Shown here in pieces: positions 51,172 through 63,814 of a stretch of DNA of 64,000 nt. Position 1 is the stretch's first letter; each line of letters opens with the position of its first letter. This stretch comes from Octopus sinensis (Eukaryota), in the NCBI RefSeq assembly GCF_006345805.1, contig NC_042997.1:27590001-27654000 (forward strand), given 5' to 3'. The notes beneath the pieces were generated by a model that made no database searches, was not told the origin of the DNA, and saw nothing but the letters and a program-made list of their open reading frames with translations. The translations under genes were made by a program, and so were the position numbers.

Positions 51172-52040
51172 GAAACAGAGGTCACACCTCGGGCAAGGCT
51201 ACCGTAGTGAGTCTAAACCATAGTGAACAGAGGTCACACCTCGGGCAAGGCTACCGTAGTGAGTCTAAACCATAGTGAACAGAGGTCACACCTCGGGCAA
51301 GGCTTCCGTAGTGAGTCTAAACCATAGTGAACAGAGGTCACACTCGGGCAAGGCTTCCGTAGTGAGTTAAACCATAGTGAACACGAGGTCACACCTGGCA
51401 AGGCTTCCGTAGTGAGTCTAAACCATAGTGAACAGAGGTCACACCTCGGGCAAGGCTTCCGTAGTGAGTCTAAACCAGTGAACAGAGGTCACACTCGGAC
51501 AAGGCTTCCGTAGTGAGTCTAAACCATAGTGAACAGAGGTACACCGGGCAATCCGTAGTGAGTCTAAACCATAGTGAACAGAGGTCACACCTCGGGCAAG
51601 GCTTCCGTAGTGAGTCTAAACCATAGTGAACAGAGGTCACACCTCGGACAACTTCCGTAGTGGTCTAAACCATATGAAAGAGGTCACACCTCGGGCAAGG
51701 CTTCCGTAGTGAGTCTAAACCATAGTGAACAGAGGGTCACACCTCGGGCAAGGCTTCCGTAGTGAGTCTAAACCATAGTGAACAGAGGTCACACCTCGGA
51801 CAAGGCTTCCGTAGTGAGTCTAAACCATAGTGAACAGAGGTCACACCTCGGGCAAGGCTTCCGTAGTGAGTCTAAACCATAGTGAACAGAGGTCACACCT
51901 CGGGCAAGGCTTCCGTAGTGAGTCTAAACCATAGTGAACAGAGGTCACACCTCGGGAAAGGCTTCCGTAGTGAGTCTAAACCATAGTGAACAGAGGTCAC
52001 ACTTCGGGAAAGGCTTCCGTAGTGAGTCTAAACCATAGTG
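51172..52040 (+). repeat. 52-bp minisatellite, about 17 copies
   Basis: Unit gaacagaggtcacacctcgggcaaggcttccgtagtgagtctaaaccatagt, tandem with no spacers. Confidence 0.95.
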
Positions 52041-52729
52041 AGTGTAGCCAACGTCTCACAAACCTTCTCTGAGCTAGAGTTTGTCACCTTATGCATGTGA
52101 ATAATGGACACGGTGCACGGTGAGGAGACTATATTGACAGCGCATAAACAAATTGTAATAAACTTTAAAACTTACTTATTTTCATGTCGAATTGATTGCA
52201 TGCCGATAAACATAAACCAACATTTCCACTGATCGAAGTACAGTAGCTACTCCAATTAGCTGTACATTTTTAAAATGATATAATGTTTCATAGAGCCTCA
52301 CAAAAATTTCACTGTCGAATTCACCTCCACAAATACGAATTCCTATTCCAAGGGACACAACTCTTATCTATCATCCTTCTATGCATTTTCATTTGTTTTC
52401 TGTTTTCCCATTTTTGAGTTTTATGTTTTTTACTCTCAATTTATCAGGGTCAATACATTAAGTTCCAGTTGAGTACTGGGGTCGGTGTGATTGACTGATC
52501 CCTCCCCACAAAATCCAGGCCGTGGGCCTATAGTAAAAAAGGATTATTATTATTGAGTGAGAGAGCAGTGCAGCCAACATAGTGAAACTGGGGTGAAATA
52601 TTAGAAGCCCAGTATACCCATTTGATAAGGGTACACCAGGCACATGCATCACAGCCATATGTGCGTGAAAATTCTTCTTCTTCTTCTTCTTCTTCTTTTC
52701 TTCTTCTTCTTATTCTTCTTTTATTATTA

Positions 52730-52763
<34 letters not shown>

Positions 52764-52825
52764 TTATTGTTATTATTATTATAAGTAAGTAGTAGTAGTA
52801 GTAGTTGTAGTAGTATAGTAGTAGT

Positions 52826-52858
<33 letters not shown>

Positions 52859-52907
52859 TTGTAGTAGTAGAGTGGTGGTGGTGGTGGTTGGTGGTGTGGT
52901 GGTGATG

Positions 52908-52940
<33 letters not shown>

Positions 52941-53079
52941 ATTTGGATTGAAAGAACTGAACAGTGGTATAAATTGTCAACACAGTTATCTCTTCTTCCT
53001 CTCTTCTTTCTTCTCTTCTCCATCGACACACCTTTGAGATACACAGGCACCCACACACACACACGCTCATACACACATA

Positions 53080-53113
<34 letters not shown>

Positions 53114-53640
53114 CACGAAACAATGATAAAAAGAAATCCAGACAATTTTTTGAGATGTGACATTTTGAGAAGTGCCCCCAGATTGAAGTTGCCAGCTGGG
53201 TTTGCCATTTCTGAAAGCCAACAATCATTTACTATTGAAAGCCTGACCAGCTAGATTTGCCATTTCTAAAAACGAAGAATCATTTACTATTGAAAGACTG
53301 ACCAGTTGCACAAATATAAACACGTTTTCTTCTTTCTCTCCTCTTCCTTCCTTTTATTCCCTTTTCCATTTGACACCTCTTTCAGATACACAGACACCCA
53401 CACACACGTGAGCACATACATACACACAACACATACACACACACACACACTCTTTATCACAAGACAATGATAAAAAGAAATCCAGACAATATTTTGAAAA
53501 GTGACATTTTTCCCCCCTTGGAGTGACCAGCTGGGATTGCCATTTCCAAAAGCCAAGAATCATTACTATTGAAAGACTGACCAGCTGCAAAGATATCAAC
53601 AAATTTTTTCTTCTTTCTTCCTTCTTCGTCCTTTACGTCT
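53080..53640 (+). repeat. Local direct duplication (about 330 bp) with an internal about 47-bp subrepeat
   Basis: caatgataaaaagaaatccagacaat...ttactattgaaagactgaccag occurs near 53120 and near 53465. Confidence 0.6.
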
Positions 53641-54148
53641 CTTTTTCTTTAACACTTCTTTCAGATACAAACACACACACACACACGCTTTCTTTCTCAC
53701 TTTCTCCCCATTCCTCACCCTCTTGTACTATCTTACATCTCTCCCCACCCCTACACACTCAATAATACGATAAAAACAGACAAAATTCCTGCAAAAGTTT
53801 AATTTGACAACTCCACTAGAGTGGACGAAAGTGTTAATATATGATATATGATTTATAAAAGTATGTAACATACTAATAAATATCTGTAAATATAAAACCA
53901 TCTAGATTTCTGGGTACTTCGTTTCTTCTAATATGTATATACATATATTATATATATATATATATATCATATATATATATAGGGAGAGTGTTTACGAAAA
54001 AAAACAAAAGGCGATGACAGATGGAATAGAAAAGGTCTTTTACGTTTCAAGCCTACGCTCTTCTACAGAAAGGGACACAGAAAAAACAAGGAGAGAAAAT
54101 ATGTGTAGTGGCTAAACGATCATGGCGCGATAGTATATATATATATAT

Positions 54149-54218
<70 letters not shown>

Positions 54219-54257
54219 TGTATTTATATTATATATAAATACATATATATATATAAT

Positions 54258-54295
<38 letters not shown>

Positions 54296-54528
54296 AGTGA
54301 ATGAAGAAATGGAGTTGAACGAAGATTGAACAGAAATCGTTTTATTGCATTCTACACGTGTTTCGAAAGCCACAATTTACCAAATTCCGATTGAACAAGG
54401 AGACCATATTGTGTCTTTCTCTTCAGGAAGAAATAGGAAATCCGTTGGCAAAAACAAAAACAGAACAGAGGCGCAGCAAAACAAATCGAACGAGGCTCCT
54501 AAGAGCCCATGGCCATGGGCTCTTAGGA

Positions 54529-54589
54529 GCTACTACCACCGAGATCTGCACCCGCGGTCGGCTTCACCCGGGCTCGCGCCCGCGGCTTT
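54529..54589 (-). rRNA. About 60-bp 28S rRNA fragment (not a gene)
   Basis: Reverse complement reads aagccgcgggcgcgagcccgggtgaagccgaccgcgggtgcagatctcggtggtagtagc, matching the conserved eukaryotic LSU segment ...GGTGCAGATCTTGGTGGTAGTAGC as I recall it. Confidence 0.75.
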
Positions 54590-57392
54590 TGTTATTTATG
54601 AGTTTAAGGAAATTTTATTTTATAAGCATGATAATTTAGTGAATACTTGGGATGAGCGCAAAATAAAATGCAGACACAAGTTACTTTACTTATATAATAA
54701 ATTTCTTGATAAATAATGAATATTTATTAGCCTTAATTAGCTCCTTATTTGTTGATTTATGTAATAGTATTCTAAATATAACAGGTAATATGTAGTACTT
54801 ATTATATTAGTTTATTTTAGTTATTTAGGTTCTGTTTTTAATTATAGTTAGATTATATATAGTTGTTTATTTTATTACTAAATATTTTATTACTAAATAT
54901 ATTTTTTAATAAATATTTAAAGGTTTATTGAATATAGAGTTTGGTAAGTTACAATTTTATTTATCTTTTAATAAAGTTAAGTTTATATATTTTGTTATAT
55001 TTCTGTTATAATTTTGTTAAATTATAATTTTGTTAAATTAATCTATTTGTATGTAATCTCTTTATATCTGAAATAGATTTATTTAGTTGTTTATTTAATC
55101 TATTTTATTTAATATAGAAGTATAGATTAGTAATATTAAATATTTAGATTAAACTTAACGTTTACTCTATTTATGTATTGTAGTATGAATATAGACATTT
55201 ATATACGTATTTATTATATGATATATTATTATGTGTTTAGGTGTGTATGTATATATGTGTATATGTTGATGTGCGTGTATATATATGTATATGTATATTT
55301 ATGTGTGTGTGTGGGTGGGTGTATATGTGTTATTTTGTATATATGTGTATTGTATGTATGTACATGTACATGTATATGTGGTGTGCATATGTGTATGTCA
55401 GTATGGTGTGTATATATGTGTGTAATATATGTATATGTATGTATTGTGCATGTATGTGTATATATGTATATTATATATGTATATGTATATATTCTATATA
55501 TATATATATGTATATATAGGTATATATAGTATACATATGATAGTTATACTGCAAATTTTGATAAGTTTTTAGAGATTTGGTTATGATCACTAATTTTAGC
55601 TTATAATTATAAGAGCATGCGGAAAAAGACTTTATTGTACGATGAGGGGTTACTATAAAAAAAATTTTTTATATATTTATTAATCATATAAGATTTTAAG
55701 AATATATTTAATAATTAGTGGTTTTAATCATTAAATTATTTAATTATTTTTGTATTAAGTATTATTTATCATAGTATTTATTATAAAATCTTATAGTATA
55801 GAGTGATTTATTCTTTATTTGTGACTTCATTCTATTTACACTGATAAACCATTCATCTTCATTGATAAAGAGTATTTGTTCCTCACGCTTAATGAATTCT
55901 TCAACAATTTATTCTTTTTTTGCTAATAACGTAGTTCCACGAGTATTCTTATAAACGCTGTAAAGAAGTTTTCCGATTCAAAATTTTTGTTCATTACAAA
56001 ACCTCGCTAAGATAAGTATTTATTTAAATTTAAGATCTTTAAATAGTAAATTTTAATATTTTATAAGTCTTTGGTGTAATAAAATATTACTTCTGAAAAT
56101 ATTGTTGTTTATGTAATGATCTAATTATCGTAATTTTTCTATATTATTAGATATTAAATTTAAGTTATTCGTAAGATACTACTTAGCGATAGATTATGTT
56201 TGATAGCAAATATACGAGGTGTCTAAAGTTAGGCTTTGATATACATGTATTAATAGTATTAATTGTAGTTTAAATTTCTTATAATTAAAATTAGATAAAC
56301 TTTGATAAACTTAGATATGTTTGACTAAAGATTGGTCCAGGCCATGTCTACTTAATAGCATAACTTAGTATTGTCTTTTAAAATTGATATTCGCTAGTTA
56401 TTCCCATTGATAATTATATTTATGTTATTTATAGTATTTATTCGATACTATATAACTACGAATGATGATTATTCTATAAGTATTTTACATAAGATTTCCG
56501 AAAGTTCGTTTAAGTTTATTTGTTTGTATTTTTGAAATTAGCTATTTCATCTTTAAATATGAAAAATTAATTTATTAGGTTTTTATTATATGTGCATATA
56601 TATTTATTTATAGAGATTATTTTAGATCTTAATTATAATATTTATATACATTTATATATTTTCATTGATAATTTATATATAAAAGTTATTTTTTAAAAAT
56701 ATTTATGTAATTAGATATAGACTATTACCGATATTAAATTATTGGTGGGTTTCCTACCTTATAAATTAAAATTAATAATTAATATAATCGATTTGGATAT
56801 AATCATAATTGTTAAGTTTTAAGTTTCTAGTTTGATAATAGAGTTTATTATAAGTAAAATTATTATATTATTACATCTTAAAAATATTGTTAAATATTCT
56901 GATTATTTTTTAAATATTTCAATTAACCTGAAGATTGACTGTAACCATAACTCGAATTATTAATTGAATTTAAATTATTGTTATTCGAATTGGTACAGCC
57001 ATGAAACATCGTAGTGTTTTACTCTTTATCTTTTATTAAACTTTTATACTTTGATATATATATTAAAAAATTAAAAAATTAATTACTTAATTAATTAAAA
57101 TAATTAAAATAATATATAAATATAAAATATTCTCTTACTACATATATATATTATATGTATATATATATAAAATTATAAGTTTAAATTACTTAAATAATTT
57201 TTTATTTTTAACTTTTATATTTTAAATTAATTTTATGTATTGGCTTATGTTTTTCACTGTTGATTTGCCTAATGGTGGTTTTATCTCTAATTTAATATAA
57301 TATAATATAATATAATATATTTATACTATAAATGTGGATTTAATCCTAAATCTCATGTTCCGTGTAAGTTTGGATTCATTCCCTAATATTAT

Positions 57393-57440
<48 letters not shown>

Positions 57441-57455
57441 AGATAGATAGATAGC

Positions 57456-57511
<56 letters not shown>

Positions 57512-58668
57512 GAGAGAGACAGACAGACAGACAGATAAATAGATAGATAACCAGATAGATAGATATAGATATATACATACATACATACATGTGTACATGC
57601 ATATATACATACAAATATAAAATTGTATGGAGATATATGACGTTATTCATGTATATTATACGTATGAGATCGCACCTATCAATCAAATTTAGATTTATAT
57701 TACGATTTCAAACTACATCTGTAAGATGTTTTACAATGTCACACATCTTTGAGAATATTATAGCTATTTTATTGTCCCTCGTAAAGATCTAATCAAGTAC
57801 AAGCGGTTGTTTAGCAAAGTCGATATCTATGTTATTAGTATCTTTTATATCCTGACACTTCAGCCTTTCATTGTTTTAAGACTCTCGTAGGTCTTTTAAA
57901 ATTCTTATTTTCTTCTTTGGATATTTACTTGTGCCGGTTTACAGTAGTACACTTTAAGAGGTCATGTTTCAGTAGCCGGAAACATGTTTAACTATGCAAA
58001 ACATTAAACAATGTAACGTAGCTCTTTCTTGTAATAAATGCATTTAAAGCAAAAGGTTTTCATGGTCTTTTATATATACTACCATTGATCCCTAATTTAC
58101 GATTTTGCTTGCAGGAAAATTGTAAAGAACAACGTGGTGACAGCACAATTGTTCCGTATTTAAGTCTTAGAACAATTGAAAAATGCATGCTTTATCTATA
58201 AACAAGGATAGTTATTAAACACCAAAAAGTATTAGCTTTCACCCTACAAGCTCTAACTAGTAATGTAGTAATAAAAGCAAATAAACAGCTGACCTTGTTA
58301 ACTTCGGAATTCAAACATGTGTCTACTTGCCACTCCTACTTTCTATATTATGCACCGCTTTCATTTTCCACACATTGTTGTACTCTTGCATGGAAATCAA
58401 CTGCTAATGTAAGTCTTCTCAATAAGTGTGACCTACATTAGATTTTACTTTTAAATTTCTCTCACAGTTTAATTTGCAAATAAGGAATCATCATTGGGCG
58501 CAAATTGATATACAAATATGAAGTTAGTTCTTTTTCTGAAATTTCTTTATCAATATTAAAAGGCGATAGGGTGGCGGTACCCTCTACACGCCAGGTAAAA
58601 GACTCCGGCTATTGTCAGTCCTTGATCAATTCGACAATGTTTTTCATCCTTTCATGATCGATACCAGT

Positions 58669-58951
58669 TGCGCATTAGAATCTTCTCTTTCTACTGATAT
58701 CATCCTTGAACGCTCAACCTCTCCCTGGTTGCTGAAAATTATTCATGATTCAACAGTTTTTCCATCATTACGTACTGAAAAAGTTTGTTACTGTAGAAAG
58801 TTGTTGGGCAGCGTGAGGCTGCAACCACGAATGTGGTATTCTGTATAATACGATGATTGTCCTCAAACATTCAAACGAATGTGCAGATGGATTGTATAAG
58901 TATAAACTAAGTGTGACTGAAGTAGCTACAAACTGTGTGTGTGTGAACAGA
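58669..58951 (+). pseudogene. IL17: Divergent IL-17-like copy C, frameshifted (pseudogene or sequencing error)
   Basis: SSLSTDIILERSTSPWLLKIIHDSTVFPSLRTEKVCYCRK, then after a frameshift near 58800-58825 HECGILYNTMIVLKHSNECADGLYKYKLSVTEVATNCVC; collinear with copies A and B. Confidence 0.85.
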
Positions 58952-59039
58952 GGGTCTAAATTATTATTGGAGGAAATGGGAGTCAATATGAAACGTAAAA
59001 ACGACGGAATGGAAAAACTGGAAAACGTTTTATTCATAA

Positions 59040-59438
59040 CTAGCAGTATCGCCCGGCGTTGCTCGAGTTTGTAAGGGAAATAACTATATAAGCATTTTTT
59101 TAGAGAGTTGTAGCCAAAAAGTAGCAAAAAATGCATTAAAATGGGAAAAAAATGATGGTAAATTTTTTTTTAATCTTTGACTCATCGTAGACATTTTTAG
59201 AGATTTACTTCCCTTATGTAATAGCGAAAAAATGCATTAAAATGGAAAAAAATGATGGTAATTTTTTTTTTAAACCGTAGACTCATCGTAGACGCACGCT
59301 AATACCCAGCGGGCTCGATATGAATCACGACTATAAGATACCCGGTTTTGGTTAAAATGCACCGCAAAATGTGGGAGTAGTTAGGAATCTAAATCGTAGG
59401 AGACAGACAGCACACAACCTCACTTTTATATATAAAGA
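59040..59438 (-). mobile_element. Non-autonomous Helitron-like element
   Basis: Reverse complement of the 16799-17311 family, with TC...CTAG ends on the minus strand. Confidence 0.8.
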
Positions 59439-60283
59439 TATAAATATGGAGCATTTCGTTGGTTATAATATTATTCTATACTTTATATACGTACATATAT
59501 CTATAAATCTACCTCCATAAATATATACACAGGAACACACACACACAACATATACTCACACATACACAACACATACTCACATACGCATACAAACACACAC
59601 ACACACGCACATATATATATAAATACTTATTTATTTATATGCATATATATGCATATATATATATGCATATTACATAAAAGTTATTATTAGTGAGAATTTA
59701 CAGGTGGATTCAGTACTAGTTTTTAAGTAACTATATGATATGGATATGGATTCAAAGAACCTTGTATCTGTCACAGTTCTCTTCTCTTACCGACTCGTCT
59801 ATCATTCACGTGATCATCAATTACAAGGGAGTGTCATGTCAAAGTTTCGTGGACGCTAGCTTCTCTATATGAATCAATTTGTGAATATAAAATTGTTTTG
59901 TAAAAGGATGAGCAATGATTTGAACGAAAACATGTAGTATATATATATATACTAAAAATTTAATAAATAAAACATATCCATCCATACATATAAGTACATA
60001 CCTACTTCTATATGTATATATACATGTATATATGGGGTACAGGACACCACAGCTGTCTATACATGTATGTATTTATTTATATATATATGTATATATATAT
60101 ATGATAGATCGCACATTTAATTTCTCTCCTTGTTTCTTTCTGTGTTCCTTTCTGTGGAAGAGCGTAGGCTCGAAACGTTAAAGACTTTCACTTCCCGAGC
60201 GTTATACTAATATATCTATTTGTTGTCTACACCACCTGTCTTCATCTTTTGTGTTTTTTGTGAATTTTCCTCCTCTATACACA

Positions 60284-60345
<62 letters not shown>

Positions 60346-60346
60346 C

Positions 60347-60377
<31 letters not shown>

Positions 60378-60505
60378 TTAAATTAGAGACAAAACCACTA
60401 TTAGGCAAATCATACAATGAAAAACTTTAAGCAATACATAAAAAATATTTAATTTATATTATTTAAATATATAACAAAATTATTAAAAAGATATAATTAA
60501 TATAA

Positions 60506-60569
60506 CACTACGATCGTTTCATGGCTGTTAATTTCTTTAAAATTTCGAGTTACAGTCATTCATCAGGTG
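60506..60569 (-). ncRNA. Minimal type I hammerhead-ribozyme-like motif with canonical core
   Basis: Minus strand: cac CTGATGA atgactgt...acagccat GAA ACGATCGT A gtg. Confidence 0.65.
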
Positions 60570-60826
60570 GTTTAAATATTTATCTTGGCGAGGTTTAAAC
60601 ATATATACTATAATAATAATTTCAGGGAATAATATTCCTGACTTACAGGGAAAATTCAATTTAGAAATACTGAATCAAATTTCACAAAATATATAATATA
60701 TATATAAAAATTAGAAAAGAACACCTTGTATCAATTCAAAATGAACAACTAAATTATACCATCTAGAAAATGATAAATAATATAAAATAACACTAATAAT
60801 ACGATGATTAAGTAATGTGCAAAATG

Positions 60827-60877
<51 letters not shown>

Positions 60878-61596
60878 GGGAGTATATCCAAACTTACAGG
60901 GAAAATTAAATTAGGATTAAATCAATTCACAGTATAAATATAAATTAAATTAGAGATAATAAACCACAATTAGGCAACTCAACACGTGATAGACATAACC
61001 CAAAACATAAAAAATAAAATATAATTAATAATATATAGTATATATATAAAATATAAAACTTAAAATTTAAATTATTAAAATTAAAATTTTAAAATTTATA
61101 TATTTGTAAATTTTTATATTTTAAAATTTTTTAATTTTTAATTTTTTTTTTAACTAAACAAAAAGGTATAAAAAGTTAAATATAATATAATAAGTATGAG
61201 AAGTATTACGTTCCGAACGTAGTAGTCACAGTAAGTAGGAAGTTGAATGTAAAATACGTTGCCTTATGTATTTCTCGTTCTATTTTTAATGCATTATCTA
61301 GTAATTGTCTGCTACAGATATCTATTTATTATCTATCTATCTATATATATATCTATCTATCTATCTATCTATCACTATCTATCTATCTATCTATCTATCT
61401 ATCTGTCAGTCTGTCTGTCTATCTAGCTAATATCTATCTATCTATCTATATATCTATCTATCTATCTATCTATCTGTCTGTCTGTCTGTCTGTCTACCTG
61501 TCTGTCTATCTATCTATTATCTATCTATCTATCATCTATCTATCTATCTATCATATATATATATATTATATATAATATATATATATATATAATATA

Positions 61597-63480
61597 TACC
61601 TCTTATTATAAAAGGCAGATTTTATCTGCCTCCTTTGTAAGTTATAGAAATCTACAATATAGGATTTCTTCAATTACAATTTACCTATTTTTTAAGAGTA
61701 GGATGCATCGGGTCATGCCAGGTCCATTTTTTAAAATTTTTAAACTCCAATTAAGCAAAATTTACAGAAAAACTCACATTCTAGTGTGTATGTCAAATGT
61801 TTTTCTTAATGTGATTTACACCACACGCAAACACACACACACACAAAGGAAGCGAATTGTTTCACTGACGCTATCACCCTTCTCCTCCTTTGTCTTGCAA
61901 GTTTGCAGCTATTAAAGTGAAAACAGTGAATCCGACAGCGATAAAGAAAACGAATTGGTACCTGAATGGATGTGAAAATTTAAAAACTGTTTCTTTCGGT
62001 GATTTTTTGAAGAAACTGCACCAAGCCACAGACTTTCCCAGAAGAGTAAAGCCTTAGACTATTTCTATTTACTTTTTCGAATGAGCCCATTTGAAATCAT
62101 TACGGCAGAAGAACGAAAAAACGTTACGCTAAACGTAAACAAAACGAAAGAAAGGATAGTTTGTTATTTCCACAACCTTAAATGAAATTAAGGCCTATTT
62201 GCCATAAATATTATTAAGGGTATCAGAAAGTTACCCAGAATAACAAATTCTATCGTAAAATTTTGTTGTATACCCAATTGAATATTAGCTAATAACCATT
62301 TTCTATAGCGATGTTTGAACAAATTTTAATAATTTTACAGAAAGTTACCCAGAATAACAAATTCTATCGTAAAATTTTGTTGTATACCCAATTGAATATT
62401 AGCTAATAACCCATTTTCTATAGCGATGTTTGAACAAAATTTTAATAATTTTACAGAAAGTTACCCAGAATAACAAATTCTATCGTAAAATTTTGTTGTA
62501 TACCCAATTGAATATTAGCTAATAACCCATTTTCTATAGCGATGTTTGAACAAAATTTTAATAATTTTACAGAAAGTTACCCAGAATAACAAATCTATCG
62601 TAAAATTTGTTGTATACCCAATTGAATATTAGCTAAACCCATTTTCTATAGCGATGTTTGAACAAAATTTTAATAATTTTACAGAAAGTTACCCAGAATA
62701 ACAAATTCTATCGTAAAATTTTGTTGTATACCCAATGAATATTAGCTAATAACCCCTTTTCTATAGCGATGTTTGAACAAAATTTAATAATTTTACAGAA
62801 AGGTACCCAGAATAACAAATTCTATCGTAAAATTTTGTTGTATACCCAATTGAATATTAGCTAATAACCCATTTTCTATAGCGATTGTTTGAACAAAATT
62901 TTAATAATTTACAGAAAGTTACCCAGAATAACAAATTCTATCGTAAAATTTGTTGTATACCCAATTGAATATTAGCTAATAATCCATTTTCTATAGCGAT
63001 GTTTGAACAAAATTTTAATAATTTTACAGAAAGTTACCCAGAATAACAAATTCTATCGTAAAATTTTTTGTATACCCAATTGATATTAGCTAATAACCCA
63101 TTTTCTATAGCGATGTGTTGAACAAAATTTAATAATTTTACAGAAAGTTACCCAGAATAACAAATTCTATCGTAAAATTTTGTTGTATACCCATTGAATA
63201 TTAGCTAATAACCCATTTTCTATAGCGATGTTTGAACAAAATTAATAATTTTACAGAAAGTTACCCAGAATAACAAATTCTATCGTAAATTTTGTTGTAT
63301 ACCCATTGAATATTAGCTAATAACCCATTTTCTATAGCGTTGTTTGAACAAAATTTTAATAATTTACAGAAAGTTACCCGAATAACAAATTCTATCATAA
63401 ATTTTGTTGTATACCCAATTGAATATAGCTAATAACCATTTTCTATAGCGATGTTTGAACAAAATTTTAATAATTTTATA
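61597..63480 (+). mobile_element. Probable Helitron-like/non-autonomous element hosting a tandem array
   Basis: Start cctcttattataaaaggcagattttatctg resembles other TC...TATAAA element starts; no 3' CTAG end identified. Confidence 0.35.
62224..63478 (+). repeat. 116-bp tandem repeat, about 11 copies
   Basis: Unit cagaaagttacccagaataacaaattctatcgtaaaattttgttgtatacccaattgaatattagctaataacccattttctatagcgatgtttgaacaaaattttaataatttta. Confidence 0.95.
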
Positions 63481-63814
63481 TATGTTGAATTTACCTGTAT
63501 CTACCTGCAATAGAGTCACTTTGTGACAAAAATTTAGTATAGAATGGTTGAGGACATTTCATTAATTATCTTCCAAAAATTACATTAATATATGATAAAT
63601 AAAAAAGTTATAGTTGTTTAATGAAACCAGACTAAATTTATGATTACGTTAGAAATTAATTGAAAACACATAAGGGGTGTATTTGGTCAGAAATATAGTA
63701 ACGAAAGGGTAAGAAAAACCAAAAATATTTTATTCTTATAAATGTTGTATTCAAAATAACATTTCTTTTAAGAATGCGTATATAACAAAGTATGTGTATA
63801 TAAACTACGTGGCT

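Noticed and set aside
51172-52040. CRISPR-like appearance of the 52-bp array (also the 116-bp array at 62224-63478)
   Set aside because: Pure head-to-tail repeats with no unique spacers and no cas genes, in a eukaryotic context.
54345-54716. 123-aa and 93-aa ORFs
   Set aside because: They read through a repeat, the palindrome and the 28S fragment; there is no coherent protein signal.
54590-56900. Nuclear mitochondrial insertion (control region, tRNA cluster, 12S)
   Set aside because: Only weak look-alikes of 12S motifs at wrong spacings and no foldable tRNA found; the right end belongs to a nuclear repeat. A blastn to the mitogenome would settle it.
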